Shown: positions 10,447 to 20,623 of the stretch, one piece after another
Layout of the letters: every line of letters begins with the position of its first letter
Position numbering within the stretch: position 1 is the first letter of the stretch
Origin: Smithella sp.
Lineage (GTDB): Bacteria; Desulfobacterota; Syntrophia; Syntrophales; Smithellaceae
Reading direction: 5' to 3'
DNA length: 64,000 nt
NCBI GenBank assembly: GCA_035382085.1
Contig: DAOSZO010000001.1
Coordinates: forward strand, 4,488-68,487
Program-made: the position numbers and the translations under genes
The notes under the pieces: model-generated
The model's database searches: none
What the model was told of the DNA's origin: nothing
What the model saw: the letters and a program-made list of their open reading frames with translations, nothing else

Positions 10447-10598
10447 GTTGCTTGTGAAATCCTTACGGTAATGTGTGCATTTCTGTAGCTCAAATCGAAT
10501 CCGAAGTCAATCATTCCTTGCGAAACAAAGTTATATTTGCTAATAAAAACAGCAAATTCATCTTAAAATAATTTCAAGTGGTCTCATCGGGAGCATTC

Positions 10599-13061
10599 AT
10601 GGATTCACTCAAGGCGATTCTGGAAAAAATCGGACAGCCGATCGGCTTTGCTTCCAGGGATGATTTCAGAAATCTGCCGAACATCAAAGAGCTGGGTAGA
10701 ACCATGCTCAATTTGTTGTCATTATTGAAAAATTCTCAATGGACGATGAAAAACAACGAGGTGGAATCTCTCGTGAATCAGCTGCAGGAAATCTTTTCGG
10801 ATTATGACTGGCAGAAAATTGAACTGAAAAAAAATAAAATAGAAAAAGCCCGTGCTCTTTTCGAAAGATTGAAACATGTTTCAGCATCTTCAATGGGGCA
10901 GGAAAATGAAAATCCTGTAGAGACCTCTGCCGGGCGGAGAATCGAAGAGTTAAGAGAGAGCCTGGCCAAGCTTGAGCTTCCTGTGCAGTATTTGAAAGGC
11001 GTGGGGCCCAAGATGGCATCCCGATTTGGCGCGAAAAAGATTTTCACCGTCGAAGATCTGCTGTATTTTTTGCCGAGAACTTATGAAGACCGAAGAGAAA
11101 TAAAAAAAATCAACCGTCTCGAAACCGGCAAGGTTCAGACAGCCGTCGGCGTGGTTGTGTCTGCTCAATATCGTCATTTCACGAAAAAACGCATTCTGGA
11201 GGTCAGCATCAGCGATGAGACGGCCAACTTGACGGCGAAATGGTTCAAGGGACAGATGAATTATCTTCTCGGAATATTCAAAAAGGGCGTCAGAGTTATT
11301 TTAACGGGAGAAATCCGGACCGACTATAACGGTAAAACCATGATTCATCCCGACTATGAAATTCTGGAAGAAAAGGACGAGGACAATCTGCTTAATTTCA
11401 AAAGAATCGTCCCCGTTTACTCCGAAACGGAAGGCCTGCATCAAAAATATTTCCGCAGAGTCATCAAATATGCCCTGGACCATTATGCTCGATACGTGGC
11501 ATCGCCGATACCCGATGATATTCTGGAGAAAAGAAATTTGATTCCTATTCGTGAAGCGCTTTCCCGCGTCCATTTTCCCGAGAACCATGCGCCGCTGGAA
11601 AAACTGATTGCCTGTCAATCCGAAGCTCACCGGCGATTGATTTACGACGAATTCTTCTTTTTTCAACTGGGCATGGCCGTCAAAAAAAGGGGGAGGATTT
11701 TGGATGTCGGGATCCGTTTCAATACGGAAGGAAGCTTATTGAAAAAATTTTTCGCCCTTTTGCCTTTTGATTTGACGGAAGCGCAAAAAAGGGTCATTCG
11801 TGAAATTCAACAAGACATGTCCGCCCCCACCGTGATGAACAGGCTTCTCCAAGGCGACGTCGGCAGCGGGAAAACGATCGTTTCGATGGCGGCAATGGTG
11901 ATCGCCTGCGATAATCGCTATCAGGCCGCGATCATGGCGCCGACGGAAATTCTTGCTCAACAGCACTATCAGAACATCAAAAACTGGTCGCGGCATTTGG
12001 GGCTGAACGTGGTTTTGCTTGCTGGAGGATTAACGACTTCGCAGAGAAAAAGCGCCCTGGAAAAAATCCGCAGCGGCGAGGCCGACATTGTCGTCGGAAC
12101 ACACGCTTTAATCCAGGAGGACGTGAATTTTCACCGGCTGGGCATGGTGGTGGTAGACGAACAGCACCGCTTCGGCGTGATGCAGCGGGCGACGCTGCGC
12201 GCCAAAGGGATCAACGCGGATGTTTTGGTCATGACGGCGACACCGATTCCCCGCACGCTGGCGATGACCGTGTACGGAGACCTGGATGTTTCCGTCATTG
12301 ATGAAATGCCCCCCGGCAAACTTCCTGTCCACACTATTTTGCTGTCGGAAAGCCAGAGGGAAAAGGCCTACCGGCTCATCAGGGGCGAGCTGGAAAAGGG
12401 CCTGCAGGCTTTCGTGGTTTATCCTTTGGTGGAGCAATCCGAAGCCCTGGACCTGAAAGATGCAACCAACATGGCCAGACATCTTCAGGAGGATGTTTTC
12501 CCCGATTATCGGGTTGGCCTCATTCACGGCAAGATGAAGGACAAGGAAAAAGACGCCGTCATGAAAGACTTTCTCGAAAGCAAGATTCAGATTCTGGTTT
12601 CCACCACGGTCATTGAAGTGGGAATCGATGTTCCGAGGGCGTCGCTGATGGTCATTGAGCATGCCGAACGTTTCGGTCTTTCTCAACTCCATCAGCTGCG
12701 CGGCCGGGTCGGACGCCGGGACATTCCCTCGCTCTGCGTTCTGCTGGCGGATTACCGTTGCTCCGCCGATGCGCATAAAAGACTGAAGGTCATGGAAAGA
12801 ACCACCGACGGCTTCGCAATTGCCGAAGAGGATTTGGCTATTCGCGGTCCCGGTGATTTTCTTGGAACAAGACAATCGGGATTGCCCGATTTCAGAATCG
12901 CCAGCATTGTTCGCGATGCGCGAATTCTCAATGACGCCAAACAGGATGCTTTTGAATTGGCGGAACGCGATCCCTGCCTGGAGAAACCGGAACATCGGAT
13001 TTTAAAGGAAATGTTGCTCTGGAAATGGCAGGGCAAATTGGATTTGGCGAGGACAGGATGA
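10599..13061 (+). CDS. recG: ATP-dependent DNA helicase RecG
   Basis: Walker A GDVGSGKT, DEQHRFG, and QLHQLRGRVGR in the helicase C domain. ATG at 10599 follows GGGAG; the track's GTG at 10578 is an alternative start. Confidence 0.9.
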   Translation: MDSLKAILEKIGQPIGFASRDDFRNLPNIKELGRTMLNLLSLLKNSQWTMKNNEVESLVNQLQEIFSDYDWQKIELKKNKIEKARALFERLKHVSASSMGQENENPVETSAGRRIEELRESLAKLELPVQYLKGVGPKMASRFGAKKIFTVEDLLYFLPRTYEDRREIKKINRLETGKVQTAVGVVVSAQYRHFTKKRILEVSISDETANLTAKWFKGQMNYLLGIFKKGVRVILTGEIRTDYNGKTMIHPDYEILEEKDEDNLLNFKRIVPVYSETEGLHQKYFRRVIKYALDHYARYVASPIPDDILEKRNLIPIREALSRVHFPENHAPLEKLIACQSEAHRRLIYDEFFFFQLGMAVKKRGRILDVGIRFNTEGSLLKKFFALLPFDLTEAQKRVIREIQQDMSAPTVMNRLLQGDVGSGKTIVSMAAMVIACDNRYQAAIMAPTEILAQQHYQNIKNWSRHLGLNVVLLAGGLTTSQRKSALEKIRSGEADIVVGTHALIQEDVNFHRLGMVVVDEQHRFGVMQRATLRAKGINADVLVMTATPIPRTLAMTVYGDLDVSVIDEMPPGKLPVHTILLSESQREKAYRLIRGELEKGLQAFVVYPLVEQSEALDLKDATNMARHLQEDVFPDYRVGLIHGKMKDKEKDAVMKDFLESKIQILVSTTVIEVGIDVPRASLMVIEHAERFGLSQLHQLRGRVGRRDIPSLCVLLADYRCSADAHKRLKVMERTTDGFAIAEEDLAIRGPGDFLGTRQSGLPDFRIASIVRDARILNDAKQDAFELAERDPCLEKPEHRILKEMLLWKWQGKLDLARTG

Positions 13062-13981
13062 GAATCGGAATAATCGGCATCGGTGGGGTAGGGGGATATT
13101 TCGGAGGAAAACTCGCTCTGCGCTATGAAAACGCAGAGGAACACGAAGTGATTTTCATCGCAAGAGGAGAGCACTTAAACGCCATTAGGAAACATGGATT
13201 GAAACTCATCACGCGTGAAGGACGCTGCCTTGCCCGTCCCCGAATCGTCACGGATCATCCCCAAGAGGCGGGCATGCTGGATTTGATTTTTTTCTGTACC
13301 AAAAGCTATTCTCTGGAAAATGCCGCGCAGACATTTGCGGGGTGCATGCATCGGCACACAGTGGTGATTCCGCTGTTAAACGGCATCAACAATGTTCAAA
13401 GGCTGCGCAATGTCTTGCCATGGGCCGACATCATCGGAGGCAGCGTGTATATCATTTCTCATATCCTTGAACCCGGCGTCGTCAAACAGGAGGGCGGCTC
13501 CTGCAAGCTGACTTTCGGAACGGATGATTTCGTTTCCGCCGCCCAATATTCCCAAATCCTGGATTTGCTTCTGAAGGCGCAGATCGACGCGACCTTGACG
13601 GATAAAATTTCTGAAGTATTATGGACGAAATACCTGCTGATGTGTCCACTCGGTTCTCTCACTTCGGCCACCGGCAAAACCTATGGAGGTATCCGGGAAG
13701 ATCCCGGACTCAGACAAAAGGCCAGAGCGATGATGATGGAGGTGGTTGCTGTGGCGCGCATGCAACAAATCTATTTGTCTCCGGATGCCGTGGACAAGGC
13801 GATGGAAATGGTCGCGGGATTTGATTATGATTCAAAAACCTCCATGCAGCTGGATTTTGAGTCAGGTAAGCCGACGGAAATCGACGCGCTGACGGGATAT
13901 CTTTGTCATGCGGGGCGAATAGCCGGAGTGCCAACGCCGCTGCATGATGAAATTTACCGACAGTTGAAACAATCCTGCTGA
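13058..13981 (+). CDS. panE: 2-dehydropantoate 2-reductase (ketopantoate reductase, ApbA/PanE family)
   Basis: MRIGIIGIGGVGGYFGGKLA Rossmann N-terminus and a PanE-like C-terminal domain. The ATG overlaps the recG stop (ATGA). Confidence 0.75.
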   Translation: MRIGIIGIGGVGGYFGGKLALRYENAEEHEVIFIARGEHLNAIRKHGLKLITREGRCLARPRIVTDHPQEAGMLDLIFFCTKSYSLENAAQTFAGCMHRHTVVIPLLNGINNVQRLRNVLPWADIIGGSVYIISHILEPGVVKQEGGSCKLTFGTDDFVSAAQYSQILDLLLKAQIDATLTDKISEVLWTKYLLMCPLGSLTSATGKTYGGIREDPGLRQKARAMMMEVVAVARMQQIYLSPDAVDKAMEMVAGFDYDSKTSMQLDFESGKPTEIDALTGYLCHAGRIAGVPTPLHDEIYRQLKQSC

Positions 13982-14000
13982 AATATTTCGGAGGAAGAAA

Positions 14001-14417
14001 ATGAGAAACATGATCCGTGCAATATTAGTCGCATCGTTTTTCGTGATCGTTGCCTGTGCTGAAAATATTCAGACGATTGCCGTTGAGCAGCTGGCGAAGT
14101 CAACCAGAAGCTGGGATGACACGATTTTGCCCGGGTATCCTTCGGGGCAACCTGAAATAACTATTTTAAGAATCAAAATTCCCGCAGGCACGGAACTGGA
14201 AATGCACCGACACCCGGTCATCAACGGAGGTGTTTTGTTGAAAGGAGAATTAACCGTCACCACCGAGGACGGTAAGGTACTTCATCTCAAGGCAGGTGAT
14301 TCTCTCGTTGAAGTGGTCAACAAAAACCATTACGGAAAAAACGAAGGCTCTGAAACGGCTGAAATTATTGTTTTCTATGCGGGGGAAGAAGGAAAACCGA
14401 TCACCCTCAAGCATTGA
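14001..14417 (+). CDS. Secreted cupin-domain protein
   Basis: N-terminal signal-like helix. Cupin motifs ELEMHRHP...GGVLLKGEL and HLKAGDS...HYGKN. Confidence 0.65.
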   Translation: MRNMIRAILVASFFVIVACAENIQTIAVEQLAKSTRSWDDTILPGYPSGQPEITILRIKIPAGTELEMHRHPVINGGVLLKGELTVTTEDGKVLHLKAGDSLVEVVNKNHYGKNEGSETAEIIVFYAGEEGKPITLKH

Positions 14418-14576
14418 CATTTTCAATTTTTGTTTGAATCCAGATTCTTCATTGGTCAAATCATCAGGCATTATTTATATTTAATTGACAACAAGGCTAT
14501 ATTTGTTATAGGAGAAGCCATTGTGAAACGGCCGGTTGCTTGAAGGAGAAATTCTTAAATTATTAAATAATATCAG

Positions 14577-15896
14577 GTGATTACAATGAGAGAAATCCAA
14601 GTCGGATTGATAGGTTTCGGCACCATCGGTACGGGAGTGGTCAAACTGATGCGCCAAAATGAAAATCTGATAAACAGAAAACTGGGCGCCAAGCTTGTTC
14701 TTAAGCGCATCGCCGACATAGACATCACTACCGCCCGTGTCGTGAAAGTCAACAAAAATCTCCTCACGACCGACGCCGGGGAAATCCTTAATGATCCTGA
14801 TATTTCAATTGTCATTGAATTGATGGGGGGTTACGAACCGGCGAGAACATTTCTTCTGGAGGCGATAGCGAATGGAAAAAACGTTGTGACCGCTAACAAG
14901 GCGCTTTTGGCGACCCACGGCAATGAACTTTTTTCCGCCGCTCAGAAAAAAGGCGTGGACATCGGCTTTGAGGCCAGTGTCGGAGGAACCATTCCTATCA
15001 TCAAGACCTTAAAAGAGAGCCTTGCCGCCAACCGAATCAATTCCATCATGGGCATCATGAACGGCACATGTAATTTTATCCTGACCAAAATGACTGATGA
15101 GGACAAGCCGTTTGATGCCGTTCTGAAAGAGGCGCAAAAACTTGGTTTTGCCGAGGCCGATCCTACTTTTGACATCGAAGGGTTGGATACCGCGCATAAA
15201 ATGGCGATTGTCCTGTCCTTGGCCTACGGTAAAAAGGTACACCTTGATGACATTTATCTCGAAGGCATCACGGGAATCACCCGAGAGGATATCGCTTTTG
15301 CGAAAGAGCTCGGTTATCGGATAAAACTGCTGGCTATAGCAATGCTCAGAAACGGTTTGGTGGAAGCGAGAATTCATCCGACGATGATTCCTTCGGGTCA
15401 TCTTCTGGCCAACGTGAATCAGAATTACAACGCGTTTCACATCATGGGAGACGCCTCCGGACCGGTTTTTCTCTTCGGCCAGGGGGCGGGCATGATGCCC
15501 ACGGCAAGCGCGGTTTTCAGTGACATCATTGACAGTGCCAGAAATATTTTGAAAGGTACGTCGTTGAGATCGCCTTTGCGCTCAATCAGCGAGGCGGAAA
15601 TGACGCCCATAAAACTCATACCAATGGATGAAGTGGAAACAAAGTATTATTTCCGTTTCTCTGCGTTGGATCGACCGGGCGTTCTTTCCAAGATTTCCGG
15701 CATTCTAGGGAAATATAATATCAGCATCGCTGCCTGCATCCAGAAAGCTCGGGGTAAGAGGGGTGCTGTGCCCATTGTGATGACCACTTACAAAGCCAGG
15801 GAAAAAGACGTGCGAAAAGCGCTGAAAAAAATTGACCTGCTCGATGTCGTGCAGGGACCGACAAAGCTCATCAGAGTTGAAGATGAATTAAATTAG
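14577..15896 (+). CDS. hom: Homoserine dehydrogenase
   Basis: VGLIGFGTIGTGV NAD-binding site, GFEASVGGTIPII, and a C-terminal ACT-like domain. Confidence 0.92.
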   Translation: MITMREIQVGLIGFGTIGTGVVKLMRQNENLINRKLGAKLVLKRIADIDITTARVVKVNKNLLTTDAGEILNDPDISIVIELMGGYEPARTFLLEAIANGKNVVTANKALLATHGNELFSAAQKKGVDIGFEASVGGTIPIIKTLKESLAANRINSIMGIMNGTCNFILTKMTDEDKPFDAVLKEAQKLGFAEADPTFDIEGLDTAHKMAIVLSLAYGKKVHLDDIYLEGITGITREDIAFAKELGYRIKLLAIAMLRNGLVEARIHPTMIPSGHLLANVNQNYNAFHIMGDASGPVFLFGQGAGMMPTASAVFSDIIDSARNILKGTSLRSPLRSISEAEMTPIKLIPMDEVETKYYFRFSALDRPGVLSKISGILGKYNISIAACIQKARGKRGAVPIVMTTYKAREKDVRKALKKIDLLDVVQGPTKLIRVEDELN

Positions 15897-15923
15897 AAGC
15901 TTGAGCGGATTGGATAAAGCAAA

Positions 15924-17150
15924 ATGAAATACGTGATTTTACTAGGGGATGGGATGGCCGATTATCCATCGGAAAAGTTGGGAGGGAAAACTCCTCTGGA
16001 ATGCGCCTTTACGCCCTTTATGGATCAGATTGCCGCTGAAGGAACCCTTGGTCTTGTGGATACCATTCCCAGCGGGATGAGTCCCGGCAGTGACGTGGCC
16101 ACCTTGAGTGTCCTAGGCTACAATCCAGCGGAAACCTATTCGGGACGGGGACCGCTTGAAGCGATAAGCATGGGAATTGCTCTTGAGGAGAATGACATGG
16201 TTTACCGCTGCAATCTTGTCACCATCGGAGAGAAGGATTCCCCCGGCGCCTACATGGAAGATTTCACATCGGGACACATTACTTCCGAGGAAGCAAGGGA
16301 AATTATTCTGGACATCAATAAAAAACTCCGTTCGGATCTCTACGAGTTCTTCCCCGGCGTGGGCTACCGTCATTTGTTCGTAAGACGCAGGGCGTCGTCT
16401 TCTCCGCAAACAACACCGCCCCATGACATCACCGGGCGGCCGATCGCGCCTTATTTGCCCCACGGCGATTCGGAACAGGAAATCAACGACATCATAGCCA
16501 GTGCCGCCGAGGTTCTGAAAAATCATCCCGTGAACCAGAGAAGACAGAGTCTCGGAAAAAAACCGGCCAATTCCATCTGGCTCTGGGGGCAGGGAAGAAA
16601 GCCGAAGATGGTGCCGTTAACCGAGAAATATTCGATCACCGGGGGCATGATTTCCGCGGTTGATTTGCTCAAGGGCATCGGGCTGATGGCGGGGCTCAAA
16701 GTGTTTGCCGTCGAAGGGGCCACCGGTTACATTGACACAAACTTCGAAGGCAAGGCCAAAATGGCGCTGGATGTATTGAAATTTATGGATTTTGTCTTCG
16801 TCCATCTTGAGGCGCCGGATGAAATGGGGCACGAAGGAAACGCCGAGGGCAAAATCAGGGCCATTGAGCTGTTTGATGAAAAAATCGTGGGACCCATTTT
16901 GAATCAGATGGATTCCTATGGGGAGGACTTTCGGATCATTGTTTTGAGCGATCATCCCACTCCCATTGACGTGAGAACGCATGTCGCCGATCCCAGTCCG
17001 TTTGCCGTGCTGTCGTCCATAAAAAACGAAAACAGAGCGGCCGGCGTTCCCTTTCAGGAACGGACCGCCAGGGAAAGCCAAATCATAGTTTCCCCGGGTC
17101 ATTTGCTCATGGAAAAATTTATAAGGAACTGGAGCGAAATTGTCCGTTAG
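15924..17150 (+). CDS. Cofactor-independent phosphoglycerate mutase-like protein (archaeal apgM type; 'proposed homoserine kinase' family)
   Basis: MKYVILLGDGMADYP..., the metalloenzyme-superfamily motif HLEAPDEMGHEG, and LSDHPTP. Located 27 nt downstream of hom. Confidence 0.75.
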   Translation: MKYVILLGDGMADYPSEKLGGKTPLECAFTPFMDQIAAEGTLGLVDTIPSGMSPGSDVATLSVLGYNPAETYSGRGPLEAISMGIALEENDMVYRCNLVTIGEKDSPGAYMEDFTSGHITSEEAREIILDINKKLRSDLYEFFPGVGYRHLFVRRRASSSPQTTPPHDITGRPIAPYLPHGDSEQEINDIIASAAEVLKNHPVNQRRQSLGKKPANSIWLWGQGRKPKMVPLTEKYSITGGMISAVDLLKGIGLMAGLKVFAVEGATGYIDTNFEGKAKMALDVLKFMDFVFVHLEAPDEMGHEGNAEGKIRAIELFDEKIVGPILNQMDSYGEDFRIIVLSDHPTPIDVRTHVADPSPFAVLSSIKNENRAAGVPFQERTARESQIIVSPGHLLMEKFIRNWSEIVR

Positions 17151-17580
17151 GAACATTACGAAAGTCAGGGTGCTTTTCGCAGACACCGATGCCATGGGTG
17201 TGGTTTACCACACGAACTACATCAAATGGTTCGAATTGGGACGCAACGAACTGATGCGTCAATTGGGCCTTCCCTATACGGAGCTCAACAAACTTTTTCT
17301 CAATCTTCCCCTGATCAAGGTGAGCTGTGATTACTTGAAATTTGCCGTCTATGATCAGCTGCTGACCATCGAAACGGTATTCGGTTACATCAAGAAAGCG
17401 ACGGTCAGGTTTGATTCGCGGATCTGGGATGAAGACATGAATAATCTTTTCGTGGAGGGCTATACGATTCACGCCTGCACCAATTATGAGGGGAAAATTC
17501 GCCGTATACCGAAAATGCTTTTGGAGCTAAAAGAAAAATACAATATCAGAGGAGAAGAATATGGCTTCGAAAATATCTAA
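17140..17580 (+). CDS. Acyl-CoA thioesterase, YbgC/4HBT (hot-dog) family
   Basis: VRVLFADTDAMGVVYHTNYIKWFELGR is a canonical 4HBT N-terminal motif. Confidence 0.8.
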   Translation: MSVRNITKVRVLFADTDAMGVVYHTNYIKWFELGRNELMRQLGLPYTELNKLFLNLPLIKVSCDYLKFAVYDQLLTIETVFGYIKKATVRFDSRIWDEDMNNLFVEGYTIHACTNYEGKIRRIPKMLLELKEKYNIRGEEYGFENI

Positions 17581-18247
17581 AAAAGATCTTAACCTGGATG
17601 GTCCGGACAAGTTTCAGTCAACGATGGAATTGATTACGGACTACATAGCGGAGAACAAAAAACGTTTTTATTCCATTGTCGCCGGAACTGTTTTGGCTGT
17701 TTTTATCGCCGTTTTCATTTATCTCTACTGGAGCCATTACCAGTATGCGGCAAGAGAAATGTATGCCAAGTCTCAAAAGGAAACATCCGAAAACGTGGAA
17801 TCGCCAGAAATTCTCGCTAAAAACATTAAAATTTACAAAGAGCTCACCGATAAATATCCACACAGCTGGAGCGCGCGCATGGCTCATTATCATCTTGGCA
17901 ATCTCTACTACCACGCAGGCGAACTGGACAACGCCATTGCTTCTTACAAAAAATTCGTTGCCTCTAGAATTTCAGATGCCGCCGGAATGAAATTTCTCGC
18001 CCTGACCTCGATCGGTTACTGTTATGAGGCAAGAAAGGATTATAAGTCCGCTCTGGAGTATTTCGAAAAAGCGCAAAAAAACAAAAAAATAGGATTTGAA
18101 TCCATGGCTCTGCGCAATATCGCCAGGATGTATGAATTGATGAATAACAGGGAAAATGCCCTGGAAAATTACAGAAAAGCCCTGGAAAAAACAAAAGATC
18201 CGTCCATGGCTGTATTTATCAAATACAAAATTTCCACACTCAGCTGA
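17561..18247 (+). CDS. Membrane-anchored tetratricopeptide-repeat protein (YfgM-like)
   Basis: Single TM helix (IVAGTVLAVFIAVFIYLYW) followed by TPR-like repeats (LGNLYYHAGELDNAIASYKKF, GYCYEARKDYKSALEYFEKA). Confidence 0.6.
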   Translation: MASKISKKDLNLDGPDKFQSTMELITDYIAENKKRFYSIVAGTVLAVFIAVFIYLYWSHYQYAAREMYAKSQKETSENVESPEILAKNIKIYKELTDKYPHSWSARMAHYHLGNLYYHAGELDNAIASYKKFVASRISDAAGMKFLALTSIGYCYEARKDYKSALEYFEKAQKNKKIGFESMALRNIARMYELMNNRENALENYRKALEKTKDPSMAVFIKYKISTLS

Positions 18248-18267
18248 TCTTTCGGCGGGAGGTATTT

Positions 18268-20028
18268 TTGAAAGTATTGATGTCCGGCAATGAAGCCGTT
18301 GCCCGTGGCGCCTACGAAGCGGGCGTGAGATTCGCTGCGGCGTACCCTGGAACGCCCAGCACGGAGATCCTGGAAGAATTTTCCAAATACGACGGGGTTT
18401 ATGCAGAATGGTCACCCAATGAAAAAGTCGCCGTGGAAGTGGCCATTGGCGCAGCTTTGGCCGGGGCGAAAGCCATGGCGGTGATGAAACACGTCGGCGT
18501 CAACGTGGCAGCCGATCCTATCTTTACCGTCAGCTACACGGGAACCAACGGAGCCTTGGTGATCATCACCGCCGATGATCCCTCGATGCACAGTTCGCAA
18601 AATGAACAGGATAACCGCCATTACGCGCGTTTTGCCAAAATACCCATGCTGGAACCTTCTGACGCGCAGGAAGCCAAGGAATATATCAAGCTGGCCTTCG
18701 CCATCAGCGAAGAATTTGACACGCCGGTTTTTCTTCGTTCAACGACGCGCGTTTCTCATTCCAAATCGATTGTCACGCTTTCAGAGCCAGAACCCTACAT
18801 CGACAAGACCGCGTTGATCTTCAATGCGGAAAAATATGTGATGGTGCCGCACTGCGCACGCCTCCGTCGCGTGGAAGTGGAAAAGAGGCAATACAAATTG
18901 AAAGATTTTGCCGAAACTTTTCCGGAAAATAAAATGGAAATCCAAAACGCCGACGTCGGCATCATCACGGCGGGTATGCCTTATAATTACGCGAAGGAAG
19001 TTTTCCCGGACTATTCCTACCTCAAGTTGGGAATGGTTTACCCCCTGCCGGAAAAATTAATTCGTGATTTTGCCTCCCGGGTGAAAAAAATATATGTCAT
19101 CGAAGAACTGGATCCTTTTCTGGAAGATCAGATCAAGGCTTTGGGCATTCAGGTGATTGGCAAGGAAATCTTTCCGTACACCAATGAATTCGACCCCGGC
19201 GTGATCAGAAAGGCCGTCTTGAAAGAAGGACTTCCTGCTGTTGCGTATCCGGAGAGGCTATCGCCGCGTCCGCCGAATCTCTGTCCCGGGTGTCCGCATC
19301 GGGCGCTTTTCTACGCATTGAAAAAACAAAAGGCTTTTGTTCACGGAGATATCGGATGTTACACTTTGTCTTACATGAAGCCCCTCGAAGGGATGCATTC
19401 ATGCATTTGCATGGGCGCAAGCATAGGAATGACCCACGGAATGAGCAAAGCGATGAAAGAAAAAGGGAAGGGGAAGGTTGTCGGTGTCATCGGTGACTCG
19501 ACATTCCTGCATTCCGGCATTACTTCTTTGATGAACATGGCATATAACCAGAGTGATGCCCTAGTCATTATTCTGGATAACAGCACCACGGCCATGACGG
19601 GAATGCAGGAACATCCGGGGACAGGCTTCACGCTTATGGGCAATGAAACAAAGAAAGTCAATCTCAAAGAGTTGACTTCAGCACTAGGTATTGAAAATAT
19701 AAGGATCATTGATCCTTTTGACCAAAAAGAAACGCAAAAAGCCATAAAAGAAGAACTGGCCAAAAGCGGTCCCTCCGTCATCATTTCCCAAAGTCCTTGC
19801 GTCCTTTTTAAAAGAACGGCCAAAAAGCCTAAACCGGCTCTTAAGGTCGATGCTGGTAAATGCGAAGGTTGCAGGGCCTGTCTTGATTTGAATTGTCCGG
19901 CGATTTTCTGGAAAAAAGGGATCAAAAAAGAAGGTTCAAGAAGGGCAGGCATTGCCCATATAGATGAAACCTTGTGCAATGGATGCAGTTTATGTGCTCA
20001 AATTTGCAAATTTAAAGCTATAGATTAA
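18268..20028 (+). CDS. iorA: Indolepyruvate:ferredoxin oxidoreductase, alpha subunit
   Basis: 586 aa. MSGNEAVARGAYEAGV, TPP-binding region with CPGCPH and GDSTF, and C-terminal 2x[4Fe-4S] CEGCRAC...CP / CNGCSLC. Confidence 0.88.
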   Translation: MKVLMSGNEAVARGAYEAGVRFAAAYPGTPSTEILEEFSKYDGVYAEWSPNEKVAVEVAIGAALAGAKAMAVMKHVGVNVAADPIFTVSYTGTNGALVIITADDPSMHSSQNEQDNRHYARFAKIPMLEPSDAQEAKEYIKLAFAISEEFDTPVFLRSTTRVSHSKSIVTLSEPEPYIDKTALIFNAEKYVMVPHCARLRRVEVEKRQYKLKDFAETFPENKMEIQNADVGIITAGMPYNYAKEVFPDYSYLKLGMVYPLPEKLIRDFASRVKKIYVIEELDPFLEDQIKALGIQVIGKEIFPYTNEFDPGVIRKAVLKEGLPAVAYPERLSPRPPNLCPGCPHRALFYALKKQKAFVHGDIGCYTLSYMKPLEGMHSCICMGASIGMTHGMSKAMKEKGKGKVVGVIGDSTFLHSGITSLMNMAYNQSDALVIILDNSTTAMTGMQEHPGTGFTLMGNETKKVNLKELTSALGIENIRIIDPFDQKETQKAIKEELAKSGPSVIISQSPCVLFKRTAKKPKPALKVDAGKCEGCRACLDLNCPAIFWKKGIKKEGSRRAGIAHIDETLCNGCSLCAQICKFKAID

Positions 20029-20041
20029 AGGATAATTTTAA

Positions 20042-20623
20042 ATGATTTATAATGAAGTGAAAAATATTCTATTTGCCGGAGTAGGCGGGCAGGGAATCTT
20101 GCGGGCAAGCGACATCGTCTGCGAGGTTGTAATGAATGCCGGGTGGGACGTCAAAAAGAGTGAAGTTCACGGCATGGCTCAACGCGGGGGGTGCGTAACA
20201 AGTCATGTTCGTTTCGGAAAAAAAGTATATTCTCCTCTGGCGGAGCCTGGAAGTGTCGATATTCTGGTATCTTTTGAAAAAATGGAGTCATTACGGTATA
20301 TTTCATTTCTCAAAAAAGAGACGGCAATTATCGTCAATAACGACAAAATCCTGCCGCCGGAGGTAAATTTAGGGGAAACAGCATATCCGTTGAATATTAT
20401 TGAATATCTTGAAAAAAATTACAAAAAGGTTGTTTCAGTCAACGCCACCTCGTTGGCGAAAAAAGCCGGAAATGTAAAGGCGGCCAATGTCGTGCTTCTG
20501 GGCGCTTTATCTAATTTACTCAATGTGGAGAAATCTCTTTGGGGAAAAGTAATTTCTGGAGCATTTCCTGAAAAATTAAAAAATTTGAACTTGGAAGCTT
20601 TTCAATCGGGAATTAATGCTTAA
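20042..20623 (+). CDS. iorB: Indolepyruvate:ferredoxin oxidoreductase, beta subunit
   Basis: ILFAGVGGQGILRASDI...SEVHGMAQRGG. Immediately downstream of iorA. Confidence 0.85.
   Translation: MIYNEVKNILFAGVGGQGILRASDIVCEVVMNAGWDVKKSEVHGMAQRGGCVTSHVRFGKKVYSPLAEPGSVDILVSFEKMESLRYISFLKKETAIIVNNDKILPPEVNLGETAYPLNIIEYLEKNYKKVVSVNATSLAKKAGNVKAANVVLLGALSNLLNVEKSLWGKVISGAFPEKLKNLNLEAFQSGINA

Noticed and set aside
10447-10598. Possible purine/ZTP-type riboswitch upstream of purM
   Set aside because: On the minus strand I see only a promoter-like TTGACT and AT-rich sequence. None of the conserved ZTP (pfl) or purine aptamer cores is recognisable.
12108-12995. 295-aa minus-strand ORF inside recG. Similar long antisense ORFs lie at 9208-9849, 16617-17195, 19371-19979, 57327-57755 and 62955-63413.
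   Set aside because: All lie entirely antisense to genes with unmistakable conserved motifs. Their translations are Arg/Gly/His-rich and low-complexity, typical of shadow ORFs. There is no independent start context.
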